Source: Ignavibacteriales bacterium (GTDB lineage Bacteria; Bacteroidota; Ignavibacteria; UBA10030; JAHEZR01). From it: 50,656 bases of DNA. Location of the stretch: contig JBBIJH010000003.1 in assembly GCA_037446075.1 (NCBI GenBank), positions 1 through 50,656 on the forward strand. Direction: 5' to 3'. Each line of letters begins with the position of its first letter. Within the stretch, counting starts at the first letter, position 1. The translations under genes and the position numbers were made by a program. Below are positions 28,555 to 37,458 of this stretch, piece by piece. A model generated the notes under the pieces. The model did not search any database. It was not told the DNA's origin and saw only the letters and a list, made by a program, of their open reading frames with translations.

Positions 28555-29468
28555 TCTCTTAGCTCCCTCCCTGTCAAGTGAAGGAAAACGTCTTCGAGTG
28601 TCGCTCGCCGGAGCGATAAGTTTTCCAGCTTGAGTTGATTCATAAGTCGCGGAACAATCTCTCTCGGATTCTTTGAGAGAATCTCAATCCTCTTGCCATT
28701 GACTTGAAACCGCATACCCTCTGAGTCAACCTTCAGCGCCGTCAACGCGCTTTCGAGGTCCGAGGGCACGACTTCCACCACCTCGTCACCAATGAACTCC
28801 TGTACAAGCTTCTTGGGTTCTCCCTCCGCAAGAATCTTCCCCTGGTCCAGAATGACCAACCGATCACAAAGCCGCTCGGCCTCGTCCATGTAATGAGTCG
28901 TAAGCAGCACCGTGATACCACGGCTCTTGAGTTCATTGATTTTCTCCCAGATCAAGTGGCGCGCTTGAGGGTCTAATCCCGTTGTAGGTTCATCCAGAAT
29001 GAGGAGTTCCGGCTCGTTGATCAGTGCGCGAGCCAGAATCAATCTTTTCTTCATGCCGCCCGAGATATGCTCGACGACGGAGTCTTTTTTTTCCATGAGG
29101 TGGAAGAAGTCAAGTAGCTGAAAGGCTCGTGCGCGTGCATCGCTCCTTGGAATTCGAAAGTAGCGTGCATAAACTAAGAGGTTTTCGAGTACGCTGAAGT
29201 CCGGATCAAGATTGTACTCTTGTGGAGCCACCCCCAATCTCCGCTTGACTTCTCGAGGATGTGCTTTCACATCAAGGCCTAATATGAAGAGCTGACCCGC
29301 TGTGATGGGCGACACGGCGTACATCATTTTCATCGTGGAAGTCTTGCCCGCCCCGTTTGGCCCGAGGAAGCCGAAGCATTCGCCCTTCTGTACCTCGAGC
29401 GAAATGTCATCGACAGCGGTGAACTCGCCATACTTCTTCACCAAATGTTGTGCGACGACGACACTCAT
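28551..29468 (-). CDS. ABC transporter ATP-binding protein (DrrA/NodI-like)
   Basis: 305 aa with Walker A GPNGAGKTS, signature SGGMKKRL, and Walker B LLILDEPT. Confidence 0.95.
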   Translation of the reverse strand: MSVVVAQHLVKKYGEFTAVDDISLEVQKGECFGFLGPNGAGKTSTMKMMYAVSPITAGQLFILGLDVKAHPREVKRRLGVAPQEYNLDPDFSVLENLLVYARYFRIPRSDARARAFQLLDFFHLMEKKDSVVEHISGGMKKRLILARALINEPELLILDEPTTGLDPQARHLIWEKINELKSRGITVLLTTHYMDEAERLCDRLVILDQGKILAEGEPKKLVQEFIGDEVVEVVPSDLESALTALKVDSEGMRFQVNGKRIEILSKNPREIVPRLMNQLKLENLSLRRATLEDVFLHLTGRELRE

Positions 29469-30217
29469 GACGAGATAAATAGTTTTACTGATGCTATCAG
29501 AAGAACCAGTCCAAGGACACGTTTGATCGTTTGATTCGAATAGCGCACAGCGCCGAGGTGAGACCCAAGCCAGCCGCCAGCAAAGGCTGCGGCTACAAAC
29601 GGGATGAGCGTCCCCACTTCAAACGTACCTCCGCTAACTCTGCCGCCGAGTCCCGCGATTGAGTTCACAAAAATAAATGCTGCCGATGTGGCTGCGGTTC
29701 TCTTTGCGTCTCCCCAACCAGCTAGTAAAATCAATGGACTCAGGAAAATTCCGCCCCCAACTCCAACAACTCCTGACACAAAGCCAATCACCGCCCCCAC
29801 AAGAAACGCGATAACCAAAGAGGGACTTTTGAAACTCTGCTCTTCAGGTCTCGTCCCCACCTCAAATAGAAATCGCAACGAGGCAAGGAGGAGAACGACG
29901 GCAAGGATTATAAAATAAACATGCGCGGCAACGTGAACCAGTCCTCCAAGGAATGCCGCCGGAACCGATGCAATAAGAAAGGGCCATGTGAGTCTCAAAT
30001 CAAGATGCCTGGCGCGAGAGTAGGAGAGTAAAGCAATTCCAGCAACGAGTAGATTGAGGATCAACGCCGTAGTAGACATCGCAGCGGGAACAACAGCGAA
30101 AAACGATAGAACTGCCAGATAACCCGAAGCACCACCGTGTCCCACGGACGAATAAAGAATTGCAACGCCGAAGAAGAGAATAGAAATGAGGGAGATGATC
30201 GGAAGAGAAAAATCCAT
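29465..30217 (-). CDS. TauE/SafE-family (DUF81) anion exporter membrane protein
   Basis: 250 aa, ~8 TM, with duplicated G-rich helices (VGHGGASGY ... GVGGGIFLSP). Its start overlaps the MtaB-like stop (TAATG) and its stop overlaps the ABC ATPase start (ATGA). Confidence 0.85.
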   Translation of the reverse strand: MDFSLPIISLISILFFGVAILYSSVGHGGASGYLAVLSFFAVVPAAMSTTALILNLLVAGIALLSYSRARHLDLRLTWPFLIASVPAAFLGGLVHVAAHVYFIILAVVLLLASLRFLFEVGTRPEEQSFKSPSLVIAFLVGAVIGFVSGVVGVGGGIFLSPLILLAGWGDAKRTAATSAAFIFVNSIAGLGGRVSGGTFEVGTLIPFVAAAFAGGWLGSHLGAVRYSNQTIKRVLGLVLLIASVKLFISS

Positions 30218-31605
30218 TAGTCTAATCGGTCAAGCCCGTAACTTTCGGGAAGGAAAAGATCTCTGTACTTCGCGGATATCGATTCGAGAAAGCGGTCTTC
30301 ATCATCGGGAAGGGAACTTAGTTCGCCGTGCATCCTTGCCATCCATCGTTGTTCGGAAGCAGGGAGCCTCAGCCTCCGATCCTGGGCCGCTTCGTTGATG
30401 ACCTGCCACGCTTCCTGAGCCGCCGCGACAGTCCGGTGAAAGTTGTTTTTCTCCTTGACAATGGCTCGAGCAAATCGGATCGTTGAATCTGGAGTCAAGA
30501 CAAGCGCCTGAGGAGTGCTGAGAGCGTCGGAATCGACGAGGAGCTTTTGAAGCATACCCTCGCGATTTGTCCTCAGTGCCTCATTGAAAAGTCGGCAGTC
30601 GTAGGCCAGAAGTTCCAAGTATGCTTCAGGTGCCGAACCCGACAGCAGCCGGATGTTCTGCACAGACTCGTTGCTCCACAGGTCGCACATTGCCGCGCTG
30701 ATGTTGCCGATGGGACTGAAGTGTGCACACGTTGCAGATTTGCCCTCCATTGAGATTGGACAGCCAGTGATCGCCTTGAGGATAGGTCCTTCGTACGCAC
30801 AATCTTTCGACGGACCACTTGCGCCGTGTTCAAAGGCCACGAGGCTCCGCACAGCACTCGCCGCGCGAATCACTGCCGCAAATACCTCGGGCAGCATCTG
30901 CTGGCCAGCAAGTTGCATCGCCGTGTTTGCAAATCCACATGCCGAGTCTGCACCAGAGAGTATATTCTTTTCGTCTGCAATGCGAGTGATGTTCTCCCAC
31001 AAGAACGCTACGTCCCGCGGGGCCAGAACACCGAGCGCAAAGATCACTCCATGGAGATCACCATCCAGCATGGCTTGATCGTTGACCTCTTTTCCACCGA
31101 TGGACTCAATCGAAAAGAGGTCGGCTCCTGCATCGGCACAAAGTTCAAGGGACTCTAACATTTGTTCCCATGGTTTTCCCGACCGCAGAACTGGTGGACG
31201 CGCGTTATCACGGATGTCGGTGATCGTCACACGAAGCGCAGACTTCAGTCCATAGTTTTCGTGAGCTTGACGGAGATGCTTCTTCAGGATTCCTGTTATT
31301 TCGGCCCCCCACTCTGGATGCTCAGTCATCTGTGGCAGAAGCTCAAACTCCACCATCAGGCCCGTCAGACTCAATCGCCTCGCTGCACTTTCGACCATTG
31401 AGCCGATTTCTTCATAATGACCGAGGACTTCTGGCCATGTTTGCGCCTCGATGGACATCGTCGGGAGTGTGAAATTAATTTCGGGAAACACCTGCCCCGC
31501 CCCGATCGTGAGACCAAAGCCACACGTGATCGGGTTCGGGGCTTTACCGAACATCAATTCGACAGGATCGGGGATCGCGAGGGTCGTATAGCGTCGTAGC
31601 TTCAT
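30217..31605 (-). CDS. MtaB-family protein (methanol:corrinoid methyltransferase B-subunit homolog)
   Basis: 462 aa, collinear by eye with my recollection of Methanosarcina MtaB (461 aa). Shared blocks: FG..P....GL.IGAG...PEINF, SIESIGGKE, GADSACGFANTAM, SLVAFEHGASGPSKDCAYE, KAITGCPISMEGKSATCAH, WSNES, LAYDC. Confidence 0.8.
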   Translation of the reverse strand: MKLRRYTTLAIPDPVELMFGKAPNPITCGFGLTIGAGQVFPEINFTLPTMSIEAQTWPEVLGHYEEIGSMVESAARRLSLTGLMVEFELLPQMTEHPEWGAEITGILKKHLRQAHENYGLKSALRVTITDIRDNARPPVLRSGKPWEQMLESLELCADAGADLFSIESIGGKEVNDQAMLDGDLHGVIFALGVLAPRDVAFLWENITRIADEKNILSGADSACGFANTAMQLAGQQMLPEVFAAVIRAASAVRSLVAFEHGASGPSKDCAYEGPILKAITGCPISMEGKSATCAHFSPIGNISAAMCDLWSNESVQNIRLLSGSAPEAYLELLAYDCRLFNEALRTNREGMLQKLLVDSDALSTPQALVLTPDSTIRFARAIVKEKNNFHRTVAAAQEAWQVINEAAQDRRLRLPASEQRWMARMHGELSSLPDDEDRFLESISAKYRDLFLPESYGLDRLD

Positions 31606-31640
31606 GTCAGTTTCAACACGGGGGAGTAGCTCAAAGATAA

Positions 31641-32681
31641 TTACTCAACACTGACCGGATATCGACCAAATTCCTTCACCGTGTCGAGCATCGCCTTATA
31701 GTTCTCAGGCTTCACTGTGTGATGGATCGTATTCGTGGAGGAGATGATGTATCGCCCACCGGGAGCCACTGCACGCAATAACCGCTTCACCTCGCTGACA
31801 ACTTCAGAAACAGAGTGCTCTGAAAGCAACGGCCCGCAATCCACCCCTCCCATCACGACGAGATGAGCAAACCGGTGCTTCACGGCAAGAAGCTCCATTC
31901 CAGCCGTCGCATCGAAGGGATGCAAAGCATCGATGCCTGTGGCTATCATGTCATCAAGAATTTGATTGATGTTTCCGCAGCAGTGTTTGATGCAGAATGC
32001 CCCTTTCGCGTGCACAGCCTCGGCGATCTCGCGGATCGCCGGGAAGAAGAATTCCTGAAAATGCTTTGGCGAAATGAGGGGGGCCTCAACGGATCCATAA
32101 TCGTCGCCCAGCAGGATAAAGTCCGCCCCTAACTCGATGGCTCGTTCAGCGATCGCGATATTATGATCGACGGAAAGTCGCACGAGTCGTCGAACTAGAT
32201 CGGCATTCTCAAAAAGATCCATCATGAGCTGCTGCATGCCCCGGAGATAGCAGGGATAACTGAAGCCATCGTGAAGATGCATCCCAACAAATTTCTTTCC
32301 TTTGAAGCGAGAGAGGAGCCGCCGGAGTTCATCATACCTGCGCTCTGCATAGGGGTCAGGTGGTTTGTACCCTTCGAGATCTTCCGGCTTCTTGATCGGC
32401 CCGTCGAGCGGCATGGAGACAATCTGTGCGCCGTATTGCCGGGTAATCCCCCATTCGTTCACTACAATCCGCTGCGCGGCATCGAGGACTTTTTCCTCAT
32501 AGAGCTTTGAGGGGGTGTTAGTTACAACGACATCGATGTCCATTGCCTCGACAAAGTCAGGATAGTCGGCTCCCGGAAGAAGAGCTTCAATAACCGCCGG
32601 GTCGATGAGAAGCTCAAAAATAGGGACTCGGTCGGGTTCTTCGCCCTGAAAAACAGCAAGTACTCGTTCGTGGGAAATCAC
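31641..32681 (-). CDS. Uroporphyrinogen-decarboxylase-family protein (MtaA/CmuA-like methylcobamide:thiol methyltransferase homolog)
   Basis: 346 aa with a GTG start and URO-D-like layout. Contains a putative Zn motif H-C-C-G (IKHCCGN) and a later Cys (GGVDCGP). Confidence 0.8.
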   Translation of the reverse strand: MISHERVLAVFQGEEPDRVPIFELLIDPAVIEALLPGADYPDFVEAMDIDVVVTNTPSKLYEEKVLDAAQRIVVNEWGITRQYGAQIVSMPLDGPIKKPEDLEGYKPPDPYAERRYDELRRLLSRFKGKKFVGMHLHDGFSYPCYLRGMQQLMMDLFENADLVRRLVRLSVDHNIAIAERAIELGADFILLGDDYGSVEAPLISPKHFQEFFFPAIREIAEAVHAKGAFCIKHCCGNINQILDDMIATGIDALHPFDATAGMELLAVKHRFAHLVVMGGVDCGPLLSEHSVSEVVSEVKRLLRAVAPGGRYIISSTNTIHHTVKPENYKAMLDTVKEFGRYPVSVE

Positions 32682-32789
32682 ACAGAGTGAATCACTTATG
32701 AGACGATCTTGTGACGGACGGTAGAAAGCTCTATCAATCTACATATTCTTCATAGAAGATTCCAGAAAAATATGCTCTCGGTTTTTCAC

Positions 32790-32818
32790 TTGACAACGTG
32801 AAAAGTCTTGGCTATCGT
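32790..32818 (+). promoter_or_regulatory. Sigma-70-like promoter candidate for the namZ-like cluster (TTGACA-17-TATCGT)
   Basis: TTGACA at 32790-32795, a 17-nt spacer, TATCGT at 32813-32818. Confidence 0.35.
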
Positions 32819-32898
32819 TAGGCACGGTGGGGTCCGCTTCGAAACCATCGGTGTTTCTCTTGCTATTCTCGACCCGCAACCCTTTTTCTATTAACATC

Positions 32899-34149
32899 AT
32901 GAATGCCCACACCATGCTTCTCATCCCAACTCTATTTCACCTTTCGATGCTGCCTGCTTCAGAAACCATTCGGGCAAGCGTTATTAAGGTGGGTGCAGAC
33001 TTATTGCTCGAGAAGTACATGAGTATAATAGAGAATAAGCGCCTCGGCCTGATCTGTAATCACACGTCTGTCCTTCGGGACGGTCGCCATCTTGCTGATG
33101 CTCTGAGTGCATCACCCCATGCGAAACTTGTTGCTCTCTTTGGACCGGAACACGGCATCCGCGGCGACGCTCCCGATGGGAAAAGTGTACAGCATGGCCT
33201 TGACTTGAAAACCCGGATTCCGATCTACTCGCTTTACGGCGCAACAAACAAACCCACCCCGGAGATGCTGAAAGACATCGAGCTCCTTCTGTTTGACATC
33301 CAGGACGTTGGCGCTCGGTTCTACACCTATGTCAGCACACTTTCACTTTCGATGGAAGCAGCGGCAGAACAAGGAATTCCCTTTGTTGTACTGGATCGGC
33401 CCAATCCAATCCGCGGAGATCGAGTCGAAGGCCCGGTGCGTGAGGATTCTCTGAAATCCTTCGTCGGCCTTCATCCCATCCCCATTGTTCACGGCATGAC
33501 CGTTGGGGAGTTGGCGAAGATGTTCAATGAAGAAGGCTGGTTGAAGGACGGAGTGAAGGTAAGCCTGAGCGTCATTCCAATGGAGCCTTGGAAACGAGAA
33601 TTCTGGTACGATGAAACCGGCCTGCCCTGGATCAAGCCCTCTCCCAACATGGCAACGATGAGAACCGCTATTGTTTACCCAGGAGCCTGCCTGATCGAGG
33701 GGACAAATGTTTCGGAGGGTCGGGGTACGGAACATCCATTTGAATGCCTTGGCGCACCGTGGATAGCGGGTGAGAAGCTGGCGGAGACTCTCAATTCATT
33801 CGGTCTGCCGGGAATCATGTTTCAGCCGATTGAATTCATACCCGTCGATATCGAGCGAGTTACGGTCGATCCAAAGTACGAAAACGAACTCTGCCGTGGA
33901 ATCTATCTCAATGTGATCGATCGAAACGCTTTCCAGCCAGTCCGAACCGCAATCTATATCCTCTCTTCTCTGAAAAAGCTTTACCCGAACGATTTTGCCT
34001 TCCGCGACCGTCGTTTCGATCGGCTTGCGGGTGTCTCGTGGATACGAGAGATGGTGGATGGTAGTACGAGTCCAGAGGAAATTGTAACGAGGTGGAAGGA
34101 GGATACAGAACGCTTTCGCACGTTGAGGAAAAAATACCTCATATACTAG
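32899..34149 (+). CDS. DUF1343-family protein (exo-beta-N-acetylmuramidase NamZ-like)
   Basis: About 416 aa counted from ATG 32899; the track ORF starts at GTG 32827. Contains RLGLICNHTS, DIQDVGARFYTYVSTL, VLDRPNP. Confidence 0.85.
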   Translation: MNAHTMLLIPTLFHLSMLPASETIRASVIKVGADLLLEKYMSIIENKRLGLICNHTSVLRDGRHLADALSASPHAKLVALFGPEHGIRGDAPDGKSVQHGLDLKTRIPIYSLYGATNKPTPEMLKDIELLLFDIQDVGARFYTYVSTLSLSMEAAAEQGIPFVVLDRPNPIRGDRVEGPVREDSLKSFVGLHPIPIVHGMTVGELAKMFNEEGWLKDGVKVSLSVIPMEPWKREFWYDETGLPWIKPSPNMATMRTAIVYPGACLIEGTNVSEGRGTEHPFECLGAPWIAGEKLAETLNSFGLPGIMFQPIEFIPVDIERVTVDPKYENELCRGIYLNVIDRNAFQPVRTAIYILSSLKKLYPNDFAFRDRRFDRLAGVSWIREMVDGSTSPEEIVTRWKEDTERFRTLRKKYLIY

Positions 34150-34180
34150 ATTCTACACAACCGCCTTTGGGAAAAAAGCA

Positions 34181-35194
34181 GTGCATAAAGTCTACAGTCT
34201 TGCTTCCTCCTTTTTTCTAGTCCTCTTCTATCATCCGGCTCAACCCGGAACAACTCTCGTGCATGTCCCTGCAGATATAACCAGTATTATAATCGTTAGG
34301 AATCAGCAACGGATAAAGGCTACACGCGATACCAGCTCTCCCGGTACTCCTGCAGAGAAAGGCGTTCCCCAGAACCCCTCACCGATGGTTGAATATAGCC
34401 GCGCCCATGAGAGGGTCGAGAAGCGGGAAGTTCCCGGTATGCGGCTCCAGCTTTCCCTTGGTGAGCTGTTTATTCCCCAAGGCGTGGTTGTGGGTGACAG
34501 CCTCGCTTTGATCGTCCATTTCCACGGAGCGCCATGGCTTGCGCAATACAACCTAGCGAAATCTCGCCGCGAGGCTGCAATGATCAGTATCCAGATTGGG
34601 GCTGGCTCGGCTGTCTATCAAAGAGCTTTCGAGAATCCCAATCGATTTGACTCACTCCTTGTTGAGGCGGCGGAGAAACTCTCGGAGGCGATAAAGCACC
34701 GTGTACGATGGAGCAGCATCACGTTGACCGCATGGAGCGCGGGTTACGGAGCCATCAGACAAATTCTTTCCAATCCATCTGTCTACGACAGGGTGGGTGC
34801 TGTAGTTCTCTTGGATGGCCTTCACACAGATTACCTTCCCGGATGGGAGCCAGAAACAAGTTACAGACCTGTGAAGATTAACACTGATCAGCTATCTGTC
34901 TTTGCTCAGCTTGCCCGCGACGCGGCGGCTGGGAAGAAGACATTTTGGGTTCTTCATTCCGAGATCTTCCCCGGCACCTTCTCAAGCACAACCGAAACAG
35001 CCGATTACTTGATACAGCAACTCGGTCTGAAACGAACGCCGGTACTCCGATGGGGACCTGGTGGGATGCAGCAACTGAGCGACGTTGAGGAAGGTGGATT
35101 CCGTGTTCTTGGCTTCGCGGGCAACTCTGCGCCCGATCATGTCGATTTCATGCACGGCTTCTGGAAATGGCTCATCGACCTACCTTTCGAGTAA
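34181..35194 (+). CDS. Hypothetical protein, possibly an alpha/beta-hydrolase-fold esterase
   Basis: 337 aa with a GTG start; the start is uncertain. Nucleophile-elbow-like AWSAGYG follows a beta-strand (ITLT); also LIVHFHGAPW and VVLLDGLH. No confident family call. Confidence 0.45.
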   Translation: MHKVYSLASSFFLVLFYHPAQPGTTLVHVPADITSIIIVRNQQRIKATRDTSSPGTPAEKGVPQNPSPMVEYSRAHERVEKREVPGMRLQLSLGELFIPQGVVVGDSLALIVHFHGAPWLAQYNLAKSRREAAMISIQIGAGSAVYQRAFENPNRFDSLLVEAAEKLSEAIKHRVRWSSITLTAWSAGYGAIRQILSNPSVYDRVGAVVLLDGLHTDYLPGWEPETSYRPVKINTDQLSVFAQLARDAAAGKKTFWVLHSEIFPGTFSSTTETADYLIQQLGLKRTPVLRWGPGGMQQLSDVEEGGFRVLGFAGNSAPDHVDFMHGFWKWLIDLPFE

Positions 35195-35222
35195 GTGCAC
35201 TCTCACTCTTTTCCTCAGCATC

Positions 35223-36398
35223 ATGATAGGTAAACGCAATCTGGGATTTCCGCTCCTCCTGTTCTTACTCTTAGCACACGCCTACGGTCAGAGCTCCGAT
35301 ACAGTCACGACAGAGGTTCTGGCCCCTGGAGTTAAACATGCATCCCTCTCCTTTCCAAGTGTTCCCTTGAAGGTAAATGTATTGGAAGTCGATCTCTCAA
35401 ATCCACGACTCAACGTCGAGACAGCCAAGGCGGGCAAGGATGGAAATGGAGTGCTCAATGCCAAAGAACGGACAAGCTCCATTGCTTCGAGAAAAACAAA
35501 TGATAGCATTCTCGTTGTCGGTGCAATCAACGGAGATTTCTTTGATGTTCAGGATGGTGCCCCGATCAATATCCAAGTAGAGAATGGGGAGGTAGTGAAA
35601 AGGCGCGGCAGCATTCCACCAAAATCGATCTTTGGAATAACAAAGGAGAAGAAGCCTTTCATCGGACGGTTTACACTCGCTCTCAGAGTTATTACTGCCA
35701 AAGGCTCAGTCCTGAAGGTAAACAACCTGAATGAGGCGAATTCTGCCGGAGAAGCTATCCTCTTTAACAAATTTTATGGAGAAAGAACTGGCACGGTGGC
35801 CTATGGTGTGGTGGTGTGGCTTCGCCCAATCTCTACGATGGTCGTCCAGGACACCGTCCGAGCCGTGGTTGATAGCTTAATTGATCTCACGGGTAATGCG
35901 AGCATTCCCAAAGGAAGCTACGTTCTCATTGCACGAGGAAAGTCTCGGCCCTTTGTTCTCAAAGACTTTGCCCCTAAGGACACCGTCAAATTCTTCTTCG
36001 GGCTAACACCTCGCGTCGGCAAGGTAACTCAAGCGATCGGAGGCTGGCCAAGGATCGTCAGAGAGGGCAAGAATACGTTCCGATTAGAGGCAGAGGCCGA
36101 AGAGGCAATCCCTGCCAACACGGATCGGCGTCACCCAAGGACAGCCGTGGGGATTTCAAAAGACAGGAGAAAGCTCTACCTCGTTACAGTTGACGGAAGA
36201 CAAGACAGCAGCATTGGAATCACGCTCGACGAGTTGGCCAATCTGATGATACGCTTTGGCGCTCACGACGCTATCAACCTTGATGGCGGGGGGTCAACGA
36301 CGATGGTCGTGAATGGAAGAGTAGTGAATTCGCCCTCCGACCCGACGGGAGAGAGACCGGTATCGAATGCACTCCTGGTTACAATGAGAAGAAAGTAG
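35223..36398 (+). CDS. Phosphodiester glycosidase family protein (DUF2233/NAGPA-like), secreted
   Basis: 391 aa counted from ATG 35223, with signal peptide MIGKRNLGFPLLLFLLLAHAYGQ. Contains TAVGISKDRRKLYLVTVDGRQ and AINLDGGGSTTMVVNG. Confidence 0.8.
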   Translation: MIGKRNLGFPLLLFLLLAHAYGQSSDTVTTEVLAPGVKHASLSFPSVPLKVNVLEVDLSNPRLNVETAKAGKDGNGVLNAKERTSSIASRKTNDSILVVGAINGDFFDVQDGAPINIQVENGEVVKRRGSIPPKSIFGITKEKKPFIGRFTLALRVITAKGSVLKVNNLNEANSAGEAILFNKFYGERTGTVAYGVVVWLRPISTMVVQDTVRAVVDSLIDLTGNASIPKGSYVLIARGKSRPFVLKDFAPKDTVKFFFGLTPRVGKVTQAIGGWPRIVREGKNTFRLEAEAEEAIPANTDRRHPRTAVGISKDRRKLYLVTVDGRQDSSIGITLDELANLMIRFGAHDAINLDGGGSTTMVVNGRVVNSPSDPTGERPVSNALLVTMRRK

Positions 36399-36452
36399 AG
36401 AGACGCGAAGATTGGGAAAGAAAAGGGCTAGATAAAAGCGTAATCGAAACGG

Positions 36453-37457
36453 TCACGACTGGAACGAATACGCCATCGCCCTCAGTATCATGATGCGCTT
36501 GGAGATTGGGGGATGTGTCGCAAACACGTCGGCGATGGCTCCTTCCTTGAAGTTGGCCTTTCGTCCGAGGGGATCAACGATGCAGAGATGAGCCGAGCCG
36601 CGCTTGATTGCTCTGGTTGGCTCTGCTGAAGACTCGATCTTCTCAAGCGCGCTGGCCAGTCCAAGCGGATTCCTTGTTAGTTCAGCGCCCGATGCGTCGG
36701 CGAGGTACTCTCGCTGTCGCGACACGGCCATCGCTAACAACTGACTGATGATTGGCGCTAGGATCATCGCGATGAGCCAAACGACGAAGAGAATCGCGAC
36801 GATTGCCCCACCACCCCCTCCCCGCGAGGAGCTTCTTCTTCCCGCACGACCGCCTCCATAAAACATCATTCTCCTTGCAGCGTCAGAGAGGAGAAAGATG
36901 GCCCCGACGAGAGCAGCCACAACGGTCATCGTGCGGATGTCGTAGTTCTTCACATGACTCATCTCGTGAGCGATTACTCCTTGTAACTCCTCGCGGTTTA
37001 GCTTTTCAACCAATCCCTCGGTTACGGCAATGTAAGAATGCTGTGGATCTTTTCCTGTTGCAAAAGCATTCGGATCAGGATCCGGAACAATGTAAAGCTT
37101 CGGTCTTGGAAGTCCCGAGGCAATTGTCATCTCGTCGACGATGTTGATCAAGGTCCGGTACTTCGGGTCATTCTCTGGAACGGGATACGCCCTCGACGAG
37201 TTCAGGACAGCAACTGCACCGCTCTGCAATCCCCACGATGCAAAGATGGCTCCAGCGATAAGCGCAAAGGCTGTTCCGATTGGAAATCCTGGTGCATCCT
37301 CGTAGACTAGGCCAAACGGATCAACGCCAAAGAAAAAGAGGTCGAACCCGTAACCAAGGAACCCAAAGAAGAGCACAAACGCCGCCATGATGATGATCGT
37401 CTGGCGGCGATTGCGTTTTTGCTGCTCGTAGATGTTCGGGAACTTCGTTATGTCCAT
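36453..37457 (-). CDS. M48-family zinc metalloprotease (HtpX-like), membrane-bound
   Basis: 334 aa with HEMSHVKNYD (HExxH) and multiple TM helices. Its start lies 1 nt after the lemA stop. Confidence 0.9.
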   Translation of the reverse strand: MDITKFPNIYEQQKRNRRQTIIIMAAFVLFFGFLGYGFDLFFFGVDPFGLVYEDAPGFPIGTAFALIAGAIFASWGLQSGAVAVLNSSRAYPVPENDPKYRTLINIVDEMTIASGLPRPKLYIVPDPDPNAFATGKDPQHSYIAVTEGLVEKLNREELQGVIAHEMSHVKNYDIRTMTVVAALVGAIFLLSDAARRMMFYGGGRAGRRSSSRGGGGGAIVAILFVVWLIAMILAPIISQLLAMAVSRQREYLADASGAELTRNPLGLASALEKIESSAEPTRAIKRGSAHLCIVDPLGRKANFKEGAIADVFATHPPISKRIMILRAMAYSFQS

Positions 37458-37458
37458 A

